From positions 5,704,001 to 5,768,000 of the forward strand of contig JANJGN010000041.1 of assembly GCA_026770705.1 (NCBI GenBank): 64,000 nucleotides of DNA, given 5' to 3'. The position numbers were made by a program, and so were the translations under genes. This document shows positions 63,155 to 64,000 of this stretch, piece after piece. The notes beneath the pieces were generated by a model. The model had not been told where the DNA came from, did no database searches, and worked only from the letters and a program-made list of their open reading frames with translations. Origin of the DNA: Isurus oxyrinchus. Taxonomy: Eukaryota. Numbering within the stretch: the stretch's first letter is position 1; each line of letters opens with the position of its first letter.

Positions 63155-63285
63155 GCTACCAATGGTAGCTACGTCAGTTTTTAGTGTTTCCTTAGCTTGA
63201 TTCTTGTATGGGGCCAAACATCATTGGCTGAAAAAATATTTTTTGGAACTCCTGAGCCCATTAAAGTCTCTTCAAATATGCAGAG
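63155..63285 (+). pseudogene. Possible exon 2 relic of defensin-like copy D
   Basis: Acceptor ttttgcattgcag. ttgtatggggcca, aaatattttttggaac and agtctcttcaaatatgca resemble copy C ttgtgggggcca, aaatatgtctctggagc and agtcatctaccataatgca. Multiple stops. Confidence 0.3.
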
Positions 63286-63517
63286 CTTGCATTCATTATC
63301 TCTGCCTCGCTATCAGCCTGTGTCTTGATACTTGCTGTTGGAGTGTGTCCTCAGTGAAAAGAGCGGAATTCACCTGCATTCATTTTGAGAGGCGGTCACT
63401 CCTAATAAAACAGTTGTCATGGGCAGATGAACGTGGGTTGGTGAGGATGATGCTATGTAGGTTTTGTTGCCCCTGTCAACAGGAGACACCTGCCCAAATT
63501 TTCGGGACTATCCTTTA

Positions 63518-63812
63518 AGAACAAAGTGCCTAGGAGCAGAAAACGGTCATTAGTTCCATCGATGAGATCATGGCTGACCTGATAATCCTGAAGACCATTT
63601 TCCCGGCCTTTCCCCCATAAAACTTGATTCACTTACTGATTAAAAATCTATCTGTCTCAGCCTTGAATATACTTATCCATCCAACCTCTACATGCCTCTG
63701 CGCTAAAGACTTCCACAGATTGAATACCTTCCTCCTCATCTCTCTTTTAATTTGGCGGCCCATTACTCGGAGTTTATGCCCTCTGACCATAAACTCTCCC
63801 ACAGGGCGATAC
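63518..63812 (-). mobile_element. CR1 LINE 3' fragment
   Basis: gagatcatggctgacctg...ttactgattaaaaatctatctgtctcagccttgaatatactt...ttcctcctcatctc. Confidence 0.75.
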
Positions 63813-64000
63813 AACCATCCTGGGCAATGCAGCCCACTTTAATGGCACCACGTCTAAGAACATTCACTTCCTCCACCAGCGAGACACAGTAGCATCAATG
63901 TGTACCATCCAGAAGATACACTGCAACAACTGCCAAAAGCTCCTTCGACAGAGTTGCACAAATCCTCACCCACTACCATCTAGAAGGACTAGGGCAGCAG

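Noticed and set aside
63161-63518. Signal-peptide-like start (MVATSVF / FLSLILVWGQTSLA) and the 104-aa ORF 63204-63518
   Set aside because: Needs a frameshift and hits stops. The 3' part (about 63340-63520) matches the recurrent LINE endonuclease region in reverse.

Overview
Eukaryotic vertebrate DNA, most likely from a cartilaginous fish (shark). This is inferred from the repeat inventory (CR1 and L2 LINEs, Deu-type and tRNA-headed SINEs, Penelope-like ends, Gmr1-type Gypsy LTR elements) and from GPR139-like receptor relics. Almost none of the listed ORFs are real genes, and the window is repeat-rich with many gene relics. The main observation is a cluster of up to four paralogous two-exon beta-defensin-like modules between about 40.9 and 63.3 kb, whose defensin-coding exons the ORF track does not show. 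Each module has a shared ~200 bp upstream element, a TATA promoter, a signal-peptide exon and a Cys-motif exon. Copy C (51.4-53.4 kb, +) is nearly intact, copy B is inverted, and copies A and D are more decayed. Also present: an intronless SNRNP27 C-terminal retrocopy inside an open 115-aa ORF, a UACA-family coiled-coil pseudo-exon split by a SINE and a minisatellite, two GPR139-like pseudogene fragments, two collinear pieces of a Gmr1-like LTR retrotransposon ~19.5 kb apart, several satellites (one derived from a CR1 3' segment) and three N gaps. All homology calls come from reading the sequence by eye and from recalled family sequences, not from database searches. Repeat boundaries are approximate.
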